Shown: piece after piece, positions 22,064 to 37,292 of the stretch | Layout of the letters: each line of letters opens with the position of its first letter | How positions within the stretch are numbered: the first letter of the stretch is position 1 | Origin: Streblomastix strix | Lineage: Eukaryota | Direction of reading: 5' to 3' | NCBI GenBank assembly: GCA_008636045.1 | Contig: SNRW01000034.1 | Coordinates: forward strand, 1-37,893 | DNA length: 37,893 nt | Translations under genes and position numbers: made by a program | Notes under the pieces: generated by a model | Seen by the model: the letters and a program-made list of their open reading frames with translations, nothing else | Database searches by the model: none | What the model was told of the DNA's origin: nothing

Positions 22064-23013
22064 ATATACATGAATACGATATAATAAAAGATGATTGTAT
22101 AATGGAAAAATTTGGAATTTTATTTTTTAAAAAAAAATAAAATTAGTTACAGTTTGATCTTTTATATTCTAGAGTTGAAAATTTATGTATATAGTTTGTA
22201 TGTAAATTTGATGGACGAAATCTAATTTTGTAATTAAAATTATCCCTATGTTGACTAGAAAATGAAGAAAATCAAATAGTGCACATGTCAAAGTTATACA
22301 GTTTGTATTATATGAAATATTAACTTAACGGTTATAAATGTTTGTAAAATGTAAGTTGTACCACAACGCATACAATGTATGGTGCATTATTTGGATTTTA
22401 TAAAAACAAAAAATCGTTTTTAAGCCTAAGCCAAAAGTTTTTGTTGTTCATGACAAATTTAGGGTATACTAAAGAGGGGTATATTTCAAAGAGTGATTTT
22501 TCTTTAAATTAAGATATGATGTATATTAGGGGAGGAAATCGGGGATGACAATCAACGTTTGAAACATCAATCGATTTATTTTTTCATGTTTTGACTATCT
22601 GTCGCATCGACTGGCATTTTTTATAGAACTCATATAACTGGGAACACTCTCCTTTTTTTCCAATTTCCCAAGGATGGAAACGTCTTAGTGTGGTGGAGCG
22701 AACGAAGAGCTAATATCTATTCCGGAAGATTGTTTATATTTATCCGAGTCATAAACTACCCCTACAGAGAAAGCATGCTCTTCGATTTTTTATTGACTCT
22801 CCAAATATTGGAAGGATCTTAGAGTCTGGCTTTTTCTTCAGCATCCGATGAATCTTATTGAGCCTTTTATTGATCTTTTTAATTAGTTTTAATCTTGGAA
22901 AACCACAAAAAAAATTAATAAATGCTCTGTCCCAAAGGATTTCAATGGTTAGGTAACGTTAGTACTACTGTGGTGTTTTGAAAACTCAAAGTGGTTCAGG
23001 CAAGAGGAAAGAA

Positions 23014-23545
23014 CTCCAAAATGGCTTTGTATTCTCTACTCGATATTGAATCTATTCAATTCTATCTCTTCTAGTAGTGTTCTCTCCTGTTCTTCATCTT
23101 CATCGTTATCAAGTTCCTCCTCAGTTCCGCTAAGCACTATTTTACCTCCCATAATGCTGTTCTTGTCATAGTATTGCTTTTCTATGTAGGCGGTATCAGA
23201 GTGGAGTGCGAATCAATCAATTTAAACACTACAGATATTATATTTTAAGAGTTTGGTTATTGCGGCAGATCTAATGGAATTGACAGAGTTTGTCCAGATA
23301 ATGCCGGCAGACTATTTTACTGCCCTTATGGCTTTGCTAATATAATCAGCCTGGATATACTTCTCTACATGGCTGACCATCCAGAGTTCTTGGGCTTTAT
23401 TTCAGACATTTGGTTCTCGGTCAGCGAACCATAACTTGAACCAACGCAGAGAGCAGAATCTCTCATCAGGGATTTTGCAGATTTTGAATTCTGCGATTCT
23501 TTGGAGAGTCTTTAGAATAGTTGATTGGATTTTATACTCATCATC
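23014..23545 (-). pseudogene. Tyrosine recombinase remnant (mirror copy)
   Basis: Mirror of 14349-14880. Confidence 0.7.
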
Positions 23546-23859
23546 AGTAGTAGGCAAAAGAAACCCACTGCCCTATGGAATTAAAACTTAAAAATATCGG
23601 AAAAACAATAGTGGATATAATCAATCGTGATGAAAAACAAAAATAATTTATGGATGAAATGAGTGAAAAATAAATAATAATAATGATTTACGGATGTGAT
23701 TTACGGGTATGATTTACGGTTATGATTTACGGATGTGAAATGGATGAAAAATAGAAAATGAGAAGGATTTATGGTGATAATTTATGGTGATCGCTAACGC
23801 AATAAGTTAATTTTTAGAGTTAAATTACATTGGGCAGTGGGTTTCTTTTGCCTACTACT
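23546..23859. mobile_element. AGTAGT-ended 314-bp TIR element (mirror copy)
   Basis: Mirror of 14035-14348. Confidence 0.8.
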
Positions 23860-24573
23860 CTTGGGAATTAATTTATGAGTTCAATCTTATACTATTATTT
23901 TATTTTTGAGAATTTTTTAAATATTAGAGATTTTATGTTCATTTATACTGAAACAGTACAAAAAAATATGGGGGATCTCCAAGGTTTTTCAATGATATAT
24001 GACGAATGAAAAATGATTAATCGTAAGGATGAATATGAGAAAATATCTTATAGAGAAAATAGGTATAAAAAATTAAGGATAATTGAAGAAATTGAAGGTG
24101 ACCAATTGATCCAGAATCACAAATAAACAACATTTTTGGATTCCTTGTATGTGATATAACCTTAGTGAAAAGTATGAATGGGATATGAAAAATTGAGAAA
24201 ATTGATGAGATTTCAATGACCTATTTAAATATTTTAAAAATAATATATAGTCAATAAAAAATCAAAATATATAGTGAAAAATAAATGTTTTCTGATTCAT
24301 TTGAAAATTGATCTCTAAGTCAATGTTCAAACGCTGATCACAAATATAATGTTAAAAATGAATGGATGGACTATTGGATATGGCTAAATATGAAGAACAA
24401 TGAAAAAGATTAATGGAGTGGAGAAATGATGCGAATTGTCCATGTGCACCGAGTCAACCGAGTGCACCGAGTCATAAGTTGACACCTTGGATTCCAGCCA
24501 TATTGGACATAATGCCATAAATTAAATAAAATTAGTTTTAAGAAACTTTTTCAACTTTTTATCCGAAACCAAA

Positions 24574-27298
24574 ATGACAACAGAAGAATCCACAAGCGTC
24601 TAAACAATCTCAAATGAATCCATAAACATCAAACATATTACATTAGAGAAAGGTCCAAAAAGGTAATATAATCGCAAATCGAAAACGGATGATAAAGCTA
24701 AAGAATTAATGGATAAATTATTAGAGGACTAAGAATTAGCGAGAATCAAACGTGAATAAGATGAATTTGATGTGTAAAAGAAAGAAGTTGAAGAATAAGA
24801 ATTTACGAGACATATAATTGAAGACATTGCTTAGAAAAAGTTAAAAGAATAGGAAAAATAAGAATAATAAATAGAAATGGATTAAATTTTAGAAAAACTT
24901 ATACCAATTGCTGTATAAATGAAAGAAGAAACAGTGAGTAAAACTATCATGGAACGAGTTAAGAAGGCTATTATTAACACCGTAAATTATACCAAAATAG
25001 GCTAAAAAGAAGGTGAGAAAAAATAAGTAACAGGCAAATTAATTGATTTAACTCTAGTTGAAGATGGTGATTTATCGTGATTGATTTCGATATTAATAAG
25101 AAACTGTCAATTGAAGAGACTGATAAAATAAGATAAAACATAATAGATAATATGCTTCCTGCTAATGTAGGCTTAGTTAAGACTGCGCATGGAGGATTGC
25201 ATGCTTATTGCAATAGAGATGGATATACATTACCTTCGAATCGATGTGTGAAATGTATTGTATTAGATAATATTGAGATTGATATATTTGGATAGATGTT
25301 TAAATATAAGGAACATGGAGGAATGGAACAAAAGGAACTTGTATAGAATCGAGTAGTTGGTCCAAACTCATCATTCCGAGAAACAAAAAATAATAAAAGA
25401 GAAGCACTTAAATATGAAGCTATTAATGATTGGGCTAATATGACACATTTAGCGAGTCTGAGAGAGATCTTAGATAGCTGGAATGTTGATATTGAAATAC
25501 CGTTTAAGGATTATGTAGACAAGGTAAATATGAGAGAATTTGGTTGGCAAATCACAGAAGAAGGAACCATTGATAAGATGAGTGATGAAATTGCATAAGC
25601 ATGTGTTAATGGATTGAAGAACCTTGAGATACATAACTATCCATAACCAATCAATATGGAAATATCACTTCTAAGTGTTTTCTCAGGAATTTATAGAATC
25701 AGTAATGAATAGATTAGAGCTGAAGGAATGAAAAATATACGATAATTCAATAAGCTAACTGCAAACGCTGAAAAGAACTATGGTGAAGCATCATTTAATG
25801 GAGAACATAAGCCGAATCCATGGATTCTTACAAAAATCCTAAGATACCATAACAAAGATTACTATGAACAGACAATTAAGCCATTATTGAAACAGAATTA
25901 TGAAGAGAAAAAATAATAGAAAATATCTGATACAGTGTAATAGATTGAGAAGCATGAGATTGACTTGAAAGATCCTTTCACATTAATAGATGTATCTAGC
26001 AAAGCATTAAATGGAAAATATGAAAATAAATTAGAGCTAGTTGCATAAGATTTATTGAAAGTAATTAAAGTTGTGCTTTGCTAAAATGGATGGTGCTTCA
26101 TCATTAAAGAATACGATTGTATCGCTGGAAAAAATACTATAAAATATAAATCTAAGACAGCAATCTATGATTAATTACGTTCAATTAGACTTTGGTAAGA
26201 TGGGAAGAAGCATATCACAGCAATTGATGCATTAGAATAATATCATTCATTATTTGAGAAGATTGGCATGAAATTCATTAGTAACAATGAAGGTATATTC
26301 AGTATATTCTAAGGATTCAAATATATGCAATTAGATGAAGTTGATTAGACAAAAATAGAACAATTCCTAAGATTAATCAAAGACATTATTGCAGCGAATG
26401 ATGAATTGATTTATGAATATTTATTAAATTAGTTTTCATTTATTGTATAGATTATTGGAAAAAAGACTGAAACTTCAATTATACTTCAAGGTTTATAAGG
26501 TATTGGTAAGAATGTATTCACTAACGTTCTATGCGAATTACTTGCAGGTTACTCTTCAAAGAATATCACAGATATTGATGATTTTGTAGGTAAATTCAAT
26601 ACTGCTATTGAGAATAAGATGTTGGCAATTGCTAATGAAATGAAGAATTTTGGAGAATCGAGAATGTCAAATATGGACGCATTAAAATCAATAAGTACTG
26701 AAAGCACATTCGTGATTAATGAGAAATATGTTCCAAAGCATGAAGTTGAGAATGTTGTGAATATAATAAATGTTACAAATAATATCTTTCCATTAAAGAT
26801 TGAGAATAGTGATAGACGTTATATTGTATGCAAATGCAATTCAGTTCATCGAGGGGATCTAGCTTACTTCTCTAATCTTTGCAATAGTTTTGATGAAGAT
26901 TTTTTAAAAACTTATTCAAATTCTTTATGACTAGAGATATTTCATAATTTAATCCAAGAAATATTCCAATGACATAAGCGAAGAAAGATATAATAAAAGC
27001 ATCAATCTTACCAGTAGATGATGTAATAATTAGTCATTTCAAATCATTTAGAGAAGGAGTTGCATGTAATATTGTTGAAGGATGGAAACTATAAGATATA
27101 AAATTAAAAAATTATTAATTAATGATCAAAAATATATGTGAAAGAAAATAAAAATAGACCGATGGAGTACGCATACGGATGTATTAATTGAAAGAAGAAA
27201 TGATATCAATCTATGAAAATATGCTAGATGAAAAAGCTGATGAGATTAAAGAATAAGTTAAGTAAGAGATATAGAATGATGGTAATGAATATATATGA
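24574..27298 (+). pseudogene. Prim-Pol + D5-like SF3 helicase (mirror copy), flanked by repeats at 24444-24519 and 27356-27431
   Basis: ATG 24574, frameshifts at ~25077 and ~26905, TGA 27296-27298. Confidence 0.9.
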
Positions 27299-27445
27299 AA
27301 TTAATGAAATTTATTTTTGTTCTAGAATCGTGGAGAATTAATGTGAAATGAACTAGTGCACCGAGTCAACCGAGTGCACCGAGTCCGAATTCGCCATCTT
27401 TTTTTCCTGCCATATCGACCATTATGCCATATTGTTCAATTTTGA

Positions 27446-29536
27446 TCATAATTTGAAGGATTAGTGACCGTAAATAAATATGGTGCTACCATAATGGCAT
27501 AAAATGACTGCTCTGGTGAAATTGATTGAATTGTCCATGTGCACCGTGTCGAGACTTTCGAATTTGATTATGATGCCATAATAATATGCAATAATTATTT
27601 GTTCTTATTAAATAATGAGTTAAAGTTGAACCGTAGTACCTTGAGTTGGAGTTGGTTGTTTTGATTGTTGTTTAGGTGTAGGAGTTTTATTTGATTTCCA
27701 TGAATCAGGAATTCTTACCAATTGAAGAGTTGGACCTCCAACTTGTCTTTTAGAAAGGTCTGGAACAACTGTATTTGATGTAGTTGCCGGAACTGATTCA
27801 ATTGGAGGCCATGGAGCGACATTAAACAAGTTGTGGTTATTACCATTATAATATTTATCTACTGCTCGATTACCTCTATAATGACTGCCTCTATTTCCTC
27901 TGAAACCTCTTCCTCTGTAATCTCCTCTTCCTCCTCTTTATCTTCGACCTTGCGATCTAAAGTCATCCCTGATATTGTACCTAGGCTAAAAATTCTGGTT
28001 ATTTCCTTCTGAATTTGATCTATAATCCTGTCTATATTTCTTTCTTGAATTGTTCCAAAAGGCAGTACTTTAATCTTTCTCTTTGCCCTGGTCTTCTGAG
28101 TATGAAACGGTTGATTGTAGTTTTACAGCGTCTAATTTAAGATCTGTGTCAAGCTTCTTCCAAAACTTTTTCCAATATGCAATTGAGATGGTTTCACCTC
28201 TGGCGTGTCTTAATATTACTTCCTGTACTACAATTTGTCTTTCTCCATATCCCGGATGATGTTGACTAGCACCTGGTTTACCGATGTACTTTAGAAGGTA
28301 CGAATTCGTGGCCCAGTAATCTCTTTATCTTTTAAAGGAAGCCTGGTTGATTTTTGCTTCAAGAGGTGGAGGATTTATATCGCGTCCTTCTGACTCCATG
28401 TCGATCTCCATCACAGTATGAGAGTTCCTTGCAATGGTATTCTGTCTCTGGGTTTGATTGCCTTCAGAGTCAGTTCCTTATTACTGAGAGTTTTGAATTA
28501 TAGGGAGAATTGGTGCAATTTATTGTTATTGGATTAAAGAAGGATCCGGACGTAAGGAATTTTATTGATTTAGCTACAGTTGTGTAGCAGTATTGAATAA
28601 ACATCTATTCAGGAATAACGATTGCTGTTGTAATTGTAAATTTTACTGGAATTATGCTTAAAAGTGTCCTTACAAGGTTGCCTGTGAAATTTATGACTAT
28701 TAAGTCTGTTATTCCGATTTCGTGTTGATTCCTAGATGTAAATTGTTCGTGATCTAGGCTGGCGTCAGCATTGCGCGTCTCTACGGGGGTTGAAGGTTTA
28801 AAAAGGCGTTTGCCACGATTAGGTTGCCTTGTACGTTCGCAACACTTTATCCCGAGGTTAGCTACTGGATGCCAATCTTATTCTACGTAGTCGCAAGGTT
28901 GGTATGGATCATCACGGAGTTGTTGTTCCCATCAAATAAATGGGTGTTGATACCAGAAAAAAGTCTTATTCTCACCATATTTGTGCGTTCTGCCTGCCTG
29001 AGGGCCAGGACTAGTCCGGAGACAGTATCAATCAACGCTTCTGTTAAATTGCCCTCCAAAATGTGTTAAATGGTGAGTATACCAAGCTCCCAGAACTGCA
29101 GCGCTTGCAATTAAAAACCTGAGGCGAGCGCGTCTATCGTTTGAAGTGGCGGCAGGAGTTGTCTATCTGCTGCTGGTATCTCCGTGTGTTGTAAAAGCTG
29201 CGGGGTCCTTGCTGCGCGTTGCATTACCTCCAGAACCTGCGTATTCGACATATTTGTTGCGTAAAAATCAGTTTCCTGCAGCGGCGCTCCGGTGATGCCT
29301 TCCAATATTTGCACTAGCTATCCCTAAACGAGTGGTAGCGGTGTGGTGCGTTGTATGAGTGCGTTAGTGGCTACAGTGGGCGCTAACTGTCGATCGGACT
29401 GAAATACGTCTAAATCCAGTTGCGCGATGGGCAAGTCAACTGCGTGGCTCGAATTGGTGCCCTACGCATGCGTTTGTAGCGTGCCTAGCCTACTGAACTA
29501 ACGCGCATTTTTGGAGTGGTCCTGATTTGCGTCCAT
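27446..29536 (-). CDS. gag-like long ORF (mirror copy)
   Basis: Mirror of 8358-10448. Confidence 0.5.
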
Positions 29537-30186
29537 TTCTGCTTTCTTTGTTTTTAGATGGCCGACCCATATGGATGGACAGCTCGTGGGGGCTTCTGTC
29601 TCTAAGGCCGAGTATGGCAGTGTCGTAATAAAGAGGTGGAGCAATTGAACGAAGTGATATAAGTACATTATCAGAGTGTTATTTATAACACTCTAGTAAT
29701 AGAATAAAAATAATAGAAAGAATAAAAGAAAGAGAAATAAAAAGTGAAAGAATAAGTGAAAGAATAAGATGAAGAATAAGAATTAGAGAAAGAATATGAG
29801 AAAGAATAATAATAACGATAGGTGAAAGAAAAAAAGAAAGAATAAGAAAAAGAATAGGAGAAAAATAAGAAAAATAAAAATTAATAAGATGAAAAAAAAA
29901 ATTTTCAATTGCAGTTGATGGAAATATCGCATTTGGTCCATTTGCTACGTTTACAACAATTGATATTGAAAGAAATCATCAGATTAGTTTAAATTATTTA
30001 CAAATTAATAAATGTTAATTGAATTGATTTATTAAGTGAGAATAATAAAATAAATACTATTTAGTAATGCGATTGAGTTTAAATTGAAAATCTCATGTAT
30101 GTAAGTTGAACTATAATTATAGATTTTGCAATTTTTTTTTCTAGCATTTTCTTGAATATCATCTTGCATCCTAAGTTTCATCTTTG

Positions 30187-32725
30187 TCAAAAGATACATC
30201 TTCTATTTTTGGCATATTCGATTCTGATAATACGACCATCCAACACGCGATTATTGAGTTGGTTCAGTGCTCGTTATGTTTATTCTTAGTTGCGCATTGT
30301 CACGAATCCAAATCCTTTGCTACGTCCATCTCTAGTTATGACAGTTGCATCACCCACTTCCCCTACCGTCTCAAAAAATTCTTTGAGATCCTCTTCAGTA
30401 GTTAAGTAGTTTAGGTTTCCTACAAATAAACGATTAAAATTCATTTATTCTGATTTAAAATGAATAAAAAATGAGAGAAAATAACAATAAAAATAATTGC
30501 AAAATGAATTAATAATGTTTAATTAATTTTTGATTGAAAATTTTAAACCTTCATCATCATCATTATTATTGTCCCAATCTATTCCCCAATTCAGTACTTA
30601 TGACCTTTCTACTCCTCTCGCAGATGAAGATTGAATACATTCAAAGCGAGTAAGAGTGAAAGATTATTCAGGATTTATCAATAATACAAAGAATCTGATG
30701 TTTGAAGGAATATCAGAGATTGAAAGAGGTTATTCTTGACTATTGACGAAGAAGTGAAGTGTTCTTGGATTTGATGTCATATTAACTTCACATGCTACAA
30801 GTTAATTTTCTTCAATTTTACTATTTCCTGGATATTGAGAGGAAATGTGACTTGTTCCTCCTCTAGTAATAATGAAATAGTAATAATGAAATATATATAT
30901 ATATATATATATATACCTATTATAATAACGAATTGTTTTTGTATAATCTGAAAAAAATGTGAATGAAATAAAAATAAAAAAATATGTAAATAAATTTTTT
31001 TTTATATTTTTAAATAATCTAAATTTTAATTAATTATTATTCACACTATCGTCATCACCAGGGAGTTTATTTGGTTCAAAAACAGCAGAAACATCAGCTA
31101 TTCCAATACCTAATAAATGCAAGTTATTTGAATATCAAATATAATAATAATAATAAAATAATTGCAAACAAAAGTCTTCAGCAGTGTTTTAAAAAAATCC
31201 TTCAAATCTGACAACACCCTAAGAAATAATGGGATTATAGGCAATAGTGATGTAATCATTATTCTAATTTGTATGAATTAATTTGTTCGCATTCTATTAA
31301 ACTGTTGCAAAATCAGGTATAACTACATTTGAAGTTATTGTGCTAATTTCAGGTAGATCTGTAATTTAAAATAAATGAAATATAAAAAGTAAAAAAAAAT
31401 ATTATTATTTTATTTATTTTAAAAATAAATATAAAAAACATTCATTCTCATTTCTGGGAGGAAGTAAAGCTTCCAGTGCTTATTATCTTTCAGTCAATTA
31501 TTAAATTATTTAGTTCTTTTATGCCAATTGTAGACTCATTTGAGTAATATTATTTGCATATTCTTCTGCTCTAATTTTTTCTCTTTCTTTTTCTTATTCA
31601 ATTATTTGAGTTCTCTACTGTAATCTTTCAATTTCTCTGTTTTTATTCTTAATATCTAATTAAAACACTCTTGATACTTCTTCGGCTTCATCTGCTCTTC
31701 TTCTTTCTCTTTAAAGTTCTTCTTCTTTTCTTCTCATTTCTTCTTTCAGTTATTTGATTTATTCATCTTTTTCTTTAGAATCAGAAGAAGAAGAATTTAC
31801 TACTTTTTGATTTAAAAATAAGAAAATATTTACTGCTTTTTTCTTCATTTCTTTTTCTCCATTGTTTTTCAATTCGGTCAGAATTGGAATCAGAATCGAA
31901 GTTGGTTGAAGATCATCAACAGTCACAACAAGTTTCAGAATAATATCAAGAAGTCCACATTTCACATGATAAGGTGTTGTGATTTCTGTTTATTAGGAGG
32001 AAGAAGAAGATTATGAGCTATTAATGAATGCATATTGAACTTTAGAGATGAATCCAGTTGCCATAAGTGAATGTCGGATGATTTCATTTTCTTCAATAAG
32101 TTCACAAAGTGCTTTGCATCCTGATTTGGATGTCTTTTCATCTCGAGACTGAATATAAATAAAATACATTAAAAAAGAAAATAAATAAAATAAGAAGAAA
32201 TATACAAATAAAGAATGAATTATTGAGTCAATTGCAGCTCCTGCAAGAATTGTTTTGTCATCACTTCCATTTCGAACTCCAATAACATGTAAGATCGTTG
32301 TGCTCAGAACCTAAAATACAAATTATAAGAAAATTATCAAAATAATAATAAGTAAATAACTACAAACAAATTCTTCATTCTTTTCTATGTTTCCAGCGAA
32401 TTTGTTCAGCAAAGGTATCAGTTTGTATTTCAAAGATAAATCTTTGCTTTCACGATCTTATAAATAAAATAAAATAAAATTATATTAGAATAGAAAAAAA
32501 GAAATTATACTAGCCAAAATAATCTCCAATAGCTATCGAAGTGAAGGAGCATGAAGAGTTGTGTTGTCGGACTCTAGATCTTCGATTAAATGAGGAATAA
32601 TTATCTGAAAATTGATTAATATAGTAAATAAAGATGAAATTATGAAAAGTTCACACAGTAACATCTGAACCAGCCGTTGAACCAAACATGGAAGGTAAAT
32701 CCGGGCGAAAAGTAGATTCTTCCAT
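30187..32725 (-). CDS. ARM-like/coiled-coil/SPRY-like/RRM protein (mirror copy)
   Basis: Mirror of 5169-7707. Confidence 0.8.
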
Positions 32726-33229
32726 CTGAAAAATGAATTATAAAAGAAAGCAAAGTAAATAAAAAATTAATTATAAAGAAGGATGAATTTAACAGTAAAA
32801 AAAATAATATGGATATTAATATCTGGGAATATATTTTATTGGAAAATTAATAATAATAAATAAAAATTATTTTGTATTGAAGGTTCTTTTGTTAATTTTA
32901 AATATGAAAATTTCAATGAATAGGAATGGCGCGTACAAGTGATTGATCTGGTAATAATTTAATAATATAAAAATAATGAGCTAAAACTAAAAATTGAATG
33001 AAAATATCTCGTTTGAAAATAAGAATTGTAGATAAAAACTAGCAGAATAATAAATTTAAATAAAATTGTCTCTAAAGCATTGGACAAAATGTATAAAATA
33101 AAATAAATATTAAAAATAGTGCAAAAATATAAAACTCAACAATGACAAATATGTTCACCAAATTCAATCACAAGATGAGTGAAAAAAGCCGAACCTTTTA
33201 ATTGAAAAAAACCTCGATAAAAAACGTAT

Positions 33230-34449
33230 ATGAGTCTCAATTGCGCTGTAGATGAATTTATTTAAATATTCAGGAAGGAAAAACATAGTAGTATAAGCAC
33301 TGGATATGATCTTGCACAGGAGCGTAGAAAAGCAGCAAAAAATGCAAAAAACAATGTTGAATAAGACAGATAAAGATAAATAAAAGAGAAAGAAGAAATG
33401 TTTAACAGATTAGCCTTTAAGCAAAACGAACGACCACATATTGAGCAAGAATGCACAAATTCAGCTAAAGGTACAAACTTCAAAGAATGCAATTTTAAAA
33501 GACAAAATCAAAGATACAATCGAAAACCATTTGAATTAGTGTAACTTCAGGAACAACTTAATCTCAAAGCTGTTGCTGTGGAAAATTCAACCATTCTTAC
33601 ACGGGTATAAGAAGAACAAATGAAACATGCGACTTTTGTTAATAACCTCGAATAATTTAGGAATATTTCTCTGTAGAATAGAAAGAGAGGAAGAAAAACT
33701 AATTCTGGAAATGATAAAAATGAAAGGAAATAAAACGTCACTGGTGGTACATTGGAATAGATTCACAGATATTTCTCAGTATCAATGAAGAAGTGAATGC
33801 TAATTCAATTTATGCAGCAAATGCTAAATTATTAATGAGAACATTACTGAAAGGAGCAGATTATCAAACACTTGCATAATTTCTTTACTTCAAAATACTC
33901 ACTCCATCTGGAACACGATCTTCAATACCATAATAAACAGAATAAACATAGTAACAATCAAGATAAGGATGTTTTCCTAGATCAGGAAAAGGTTAAAGAA
34001 TTAATAAGACGCATAGTTCAAATAAATTAAATGGATCATCTATAGTTTGTAATAAGAGAATAGTAATAAAATAAAGAAAATCAAGAAAATAGAAGTAATA
34101 TATGAAATAGACAAATAGACATATTTATGAGAAATTGAAAGCAGTAATATATTATATAATGTTTACATATGATCTGTTCTTTGCATTTGGAATTCCAATT
34201 ATTTTATTACTATATTGTCTATTCGCTTCATATCTGAGAATTGCAATGAAACTAACTTCTAACAAGGCACATGAAGTAACCACTGTTTCTGAAGTAATAT
34301 CGAAGCATTCAAAAGAAGCTAAAGATCCAGTAATAGGAGAATATTTTACTGAAATCAATGAATAAATAGATATTAATTAAGTTATTCGGATAAAATAATT
34401 AATTATAATGTTTATGAATATCATTATTATTGAAAAGTAATTATTATGA
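33230..34449 (+). pseudogene. Degraded hypothetical protein (mirror copy)
   Basis: Mirror of 3445-4664. Confidence 0.35.
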
Positions 34450-34851
34450 TTTATGCTGTGCATTAAAAAAAAATAATTGATCTCATTTCTGAATCTAACA
34501 AATGAATAGAATTTAGGCAATATTTCAGGCATTAGTCTTTTTCATTAACTACTCATAGCCTAAAACAATGATTTGAGCGATATGTGCTAACTTATATTGA
34601 TTAATTAAATCTATCAAATCAAGTTATCATTGATGAAATTGAAATAATGGCATCTAGTAGTTGGTCGATGATTGAAATACAATATTTGATGAAATTGATG
34701 GTGATGAACAGTTTTAGAATTTATTAAAATGATTGTTTTTGGAATCTATGACTCATATATGACCTTAGGATAGTGTATCAAAATAATATGAAAAATAAAG
34801 TTTTTTAATGGGAATTGAACCTATCATAAATTTATTTTATTTTTATTATAT

Positions 34852-35255
34852 GGCCATTTTTCATCACAACCAATAGTCTATAATTTTTTTAATATTTTAA
34901 TTTAAAATAATTTTTGTAGTAAAGTCATAAATTATATATATGTCAAAACAGCCTTGACATAAAATAGATATTTTTAAATTAATTTTTTTCGACTTTACGA
35001 TCAATGATGAAATTTAAATTTGTTTACTATTTTTAAAATTGTGAATGTTAATTATATTTAGTTATATATAAATTTAGTTAAATTTCATTCTTATAAAAAA
35101 ATAAAAAATTTGAATTTTTAAATTTTTAAACAAAAAAAATATTTTTTGTCCAGGCAGTTTTGACATATATATAATTTGAGACTTTTGCTACTAAAATTAT
35201 TTTATATTAAAATATAAAAATTTTTATAGGCTATTGGTTGTGATGAAAATTGCCC
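34852..35255. mobile_element. MITE-like element (mirror copy)
   Basis: Mirror of 2639-3042. Confidence 0.8.
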
Positions 35256-35802
35256 ATATATACTAAAATATCATAGGAAAATTGAAATTTTTTGAATGAC
35301 TTGAGAATTGATGCTTTAGTCAATGTTGGTACGCTGATCTCGAATATGGAGTTAAAAATGAATGGATGGACTATTGGATACGATGAATTATGAATATTAA
35401 TGAAAAAGATTAATGAAGTGGATAAACGAGATGAATTGTCTAGGACCATTGAATACTCTGATGATTATGTGCTAGTGAAGTGGATAAATGAAGTGAATTG
35501 TCCATGTGTGCAGGTGTGCAGGATTTAAACCATAAAATTGACAAAATAATATTTGGTCGGACGGTCGCTCGGATTATTAATTATGGCAGTCCAATTAAGT
35601 GATTGATAAAATTTCTGTCCTATTAATATATGGATGTGCTAGCGGAGTGGATAAATGATATGAATTATCAATAAGGGACAAAAATACGGAACTGGACAAA
35701 AATTTTTAGTCCTGACGAATTTGTCTGCCATATGCCATATGCCATAAATTAAATAAAAAATTTATTTTAAGAAATTATTTGAACTTTTTATCCGAAAGCA
35801 AA

Positions 35803-36153
35803 ATGGCAACAGAAGAATTTTCAAATGACAAATCAAATCAATAAACAAACGTGAAATGTGAGACACTTGAGAAAGAACCAAAACGTAAATATACTCACAA
35901 ATGGAGTACAGATGAGAAAGCAAAAGCTATGATTGATCAAATGACTAATGAATAGACTATTGAGCAAACGAATGAATAGACTAATGAACTCAGTAATGGA
36001 CATATTATTAAAAAGAAATATGACCAATGCATTAGTGAATTACGTAATTAGTATGGAGGAACTGACAAAGAATAAGATGAAAAAAGCTATTTAGTATATC
36101 GATTAGAAAAAAAATAATGTAAAAGAAAATAGACACTTGAATACGATTAATGA
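35803..36153 (+). pseudogene. ORF sharing the Prim-Pol/helicase N-terminus (mirror copy)
   Basis: Mirror of 1741-2091. Confidence 0.6.
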
Positions 36154-36729
36154 TGTACATTTTTAATAAAACATGATTGCATGTGGATATTGAAGTAGAT
36201 TAATGATATACATTATTGAATTATATTTTTGAAATGTATGGCACTCTCCTTTTTCACATAACTACTTACGCCGTTAATTAATTAAGTTGATGGTATGGTT
36301 GAATGAAATTACATTTGGATTTCGTTAAATGTTTGACTGCACAGAGTGCATTGAGTCATAAAACATCGATGAATTTATTGAAATTGGCATAAGAAAATGG
36401 AATCGTTAATGAATGACTTTTGACTGTACCGAGGGCACCGAGTCAAAAACTTTCATGAAAAACCGCTGCCAGCCTGCCATCCTGCCATATAGTCGAAAAC
36501 ATGAAAAAAAAATATTTATTTATAGTCTTTGAATAGATGCATCGAGTGCATCGAGTCATAAAACATCATCGATATATTCGAAAATGATGTGGATAATTGA
36601 TGAGGGTAGTGAATGATTTTTGATTGTATTGAGTGTATCGAGTGCATCGAGTCAAAAAATTTCATCAAAAACTGCTGCTAGTCTGCCATTCTGCAAGAAG
36701 TTAGAAAAATAAACAAAAATAAATAATGT

Positions 36730-37292
36730 TCAATAGTTGATTGAGTCATTAGCATCTTCATTAATGTCTTGTTCTTCTTCTCTTAGTCTATCATATAATT
36801 TTATTAAATCTTCTTTCTATCTATATATCCATGTTCGTTTTTCTAACATTGTTTTTTATATTCTTTGATATTTATTTTTGAGTTATAATTAGAATAATTT
36901 TTCTTTAACATCGAATCGTTTGAAATATAATGCAATAGTACAAGTTACGACTTTGTTAAACGCTTGATAATTTTATAATATAACATCATCTAGTTATGAA
37001 CGTGATGATCTAATTATGTCCTTTTTCGCCTCTGTGAATGGAATGATTTTTAATTCCAATTACTTATATCTCTGGTCAAAAAATAAATAATTAAATTATT
37101 GTTAAATTCAGTAGTGAAACCGTTAGATAAAGAATTGAAATATTCAATGTTATTTATATGAACTGCTTTACATCTGCATATAACATAACGCCTATCATTA
37201 GCTTCAATTTTATCTGGGAAGTCGTTGTTGGTTACTATTATTAAATTCATTACATTTTCTGATGTTCACCGCGGCTAATTTTTTTCATTTAT
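36730..37292 (-). pseudogene. D5-like helicase C-terminal fragment (mirror copy)
   Basis: Mirror of 602-1164. Confidence 0.85.
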
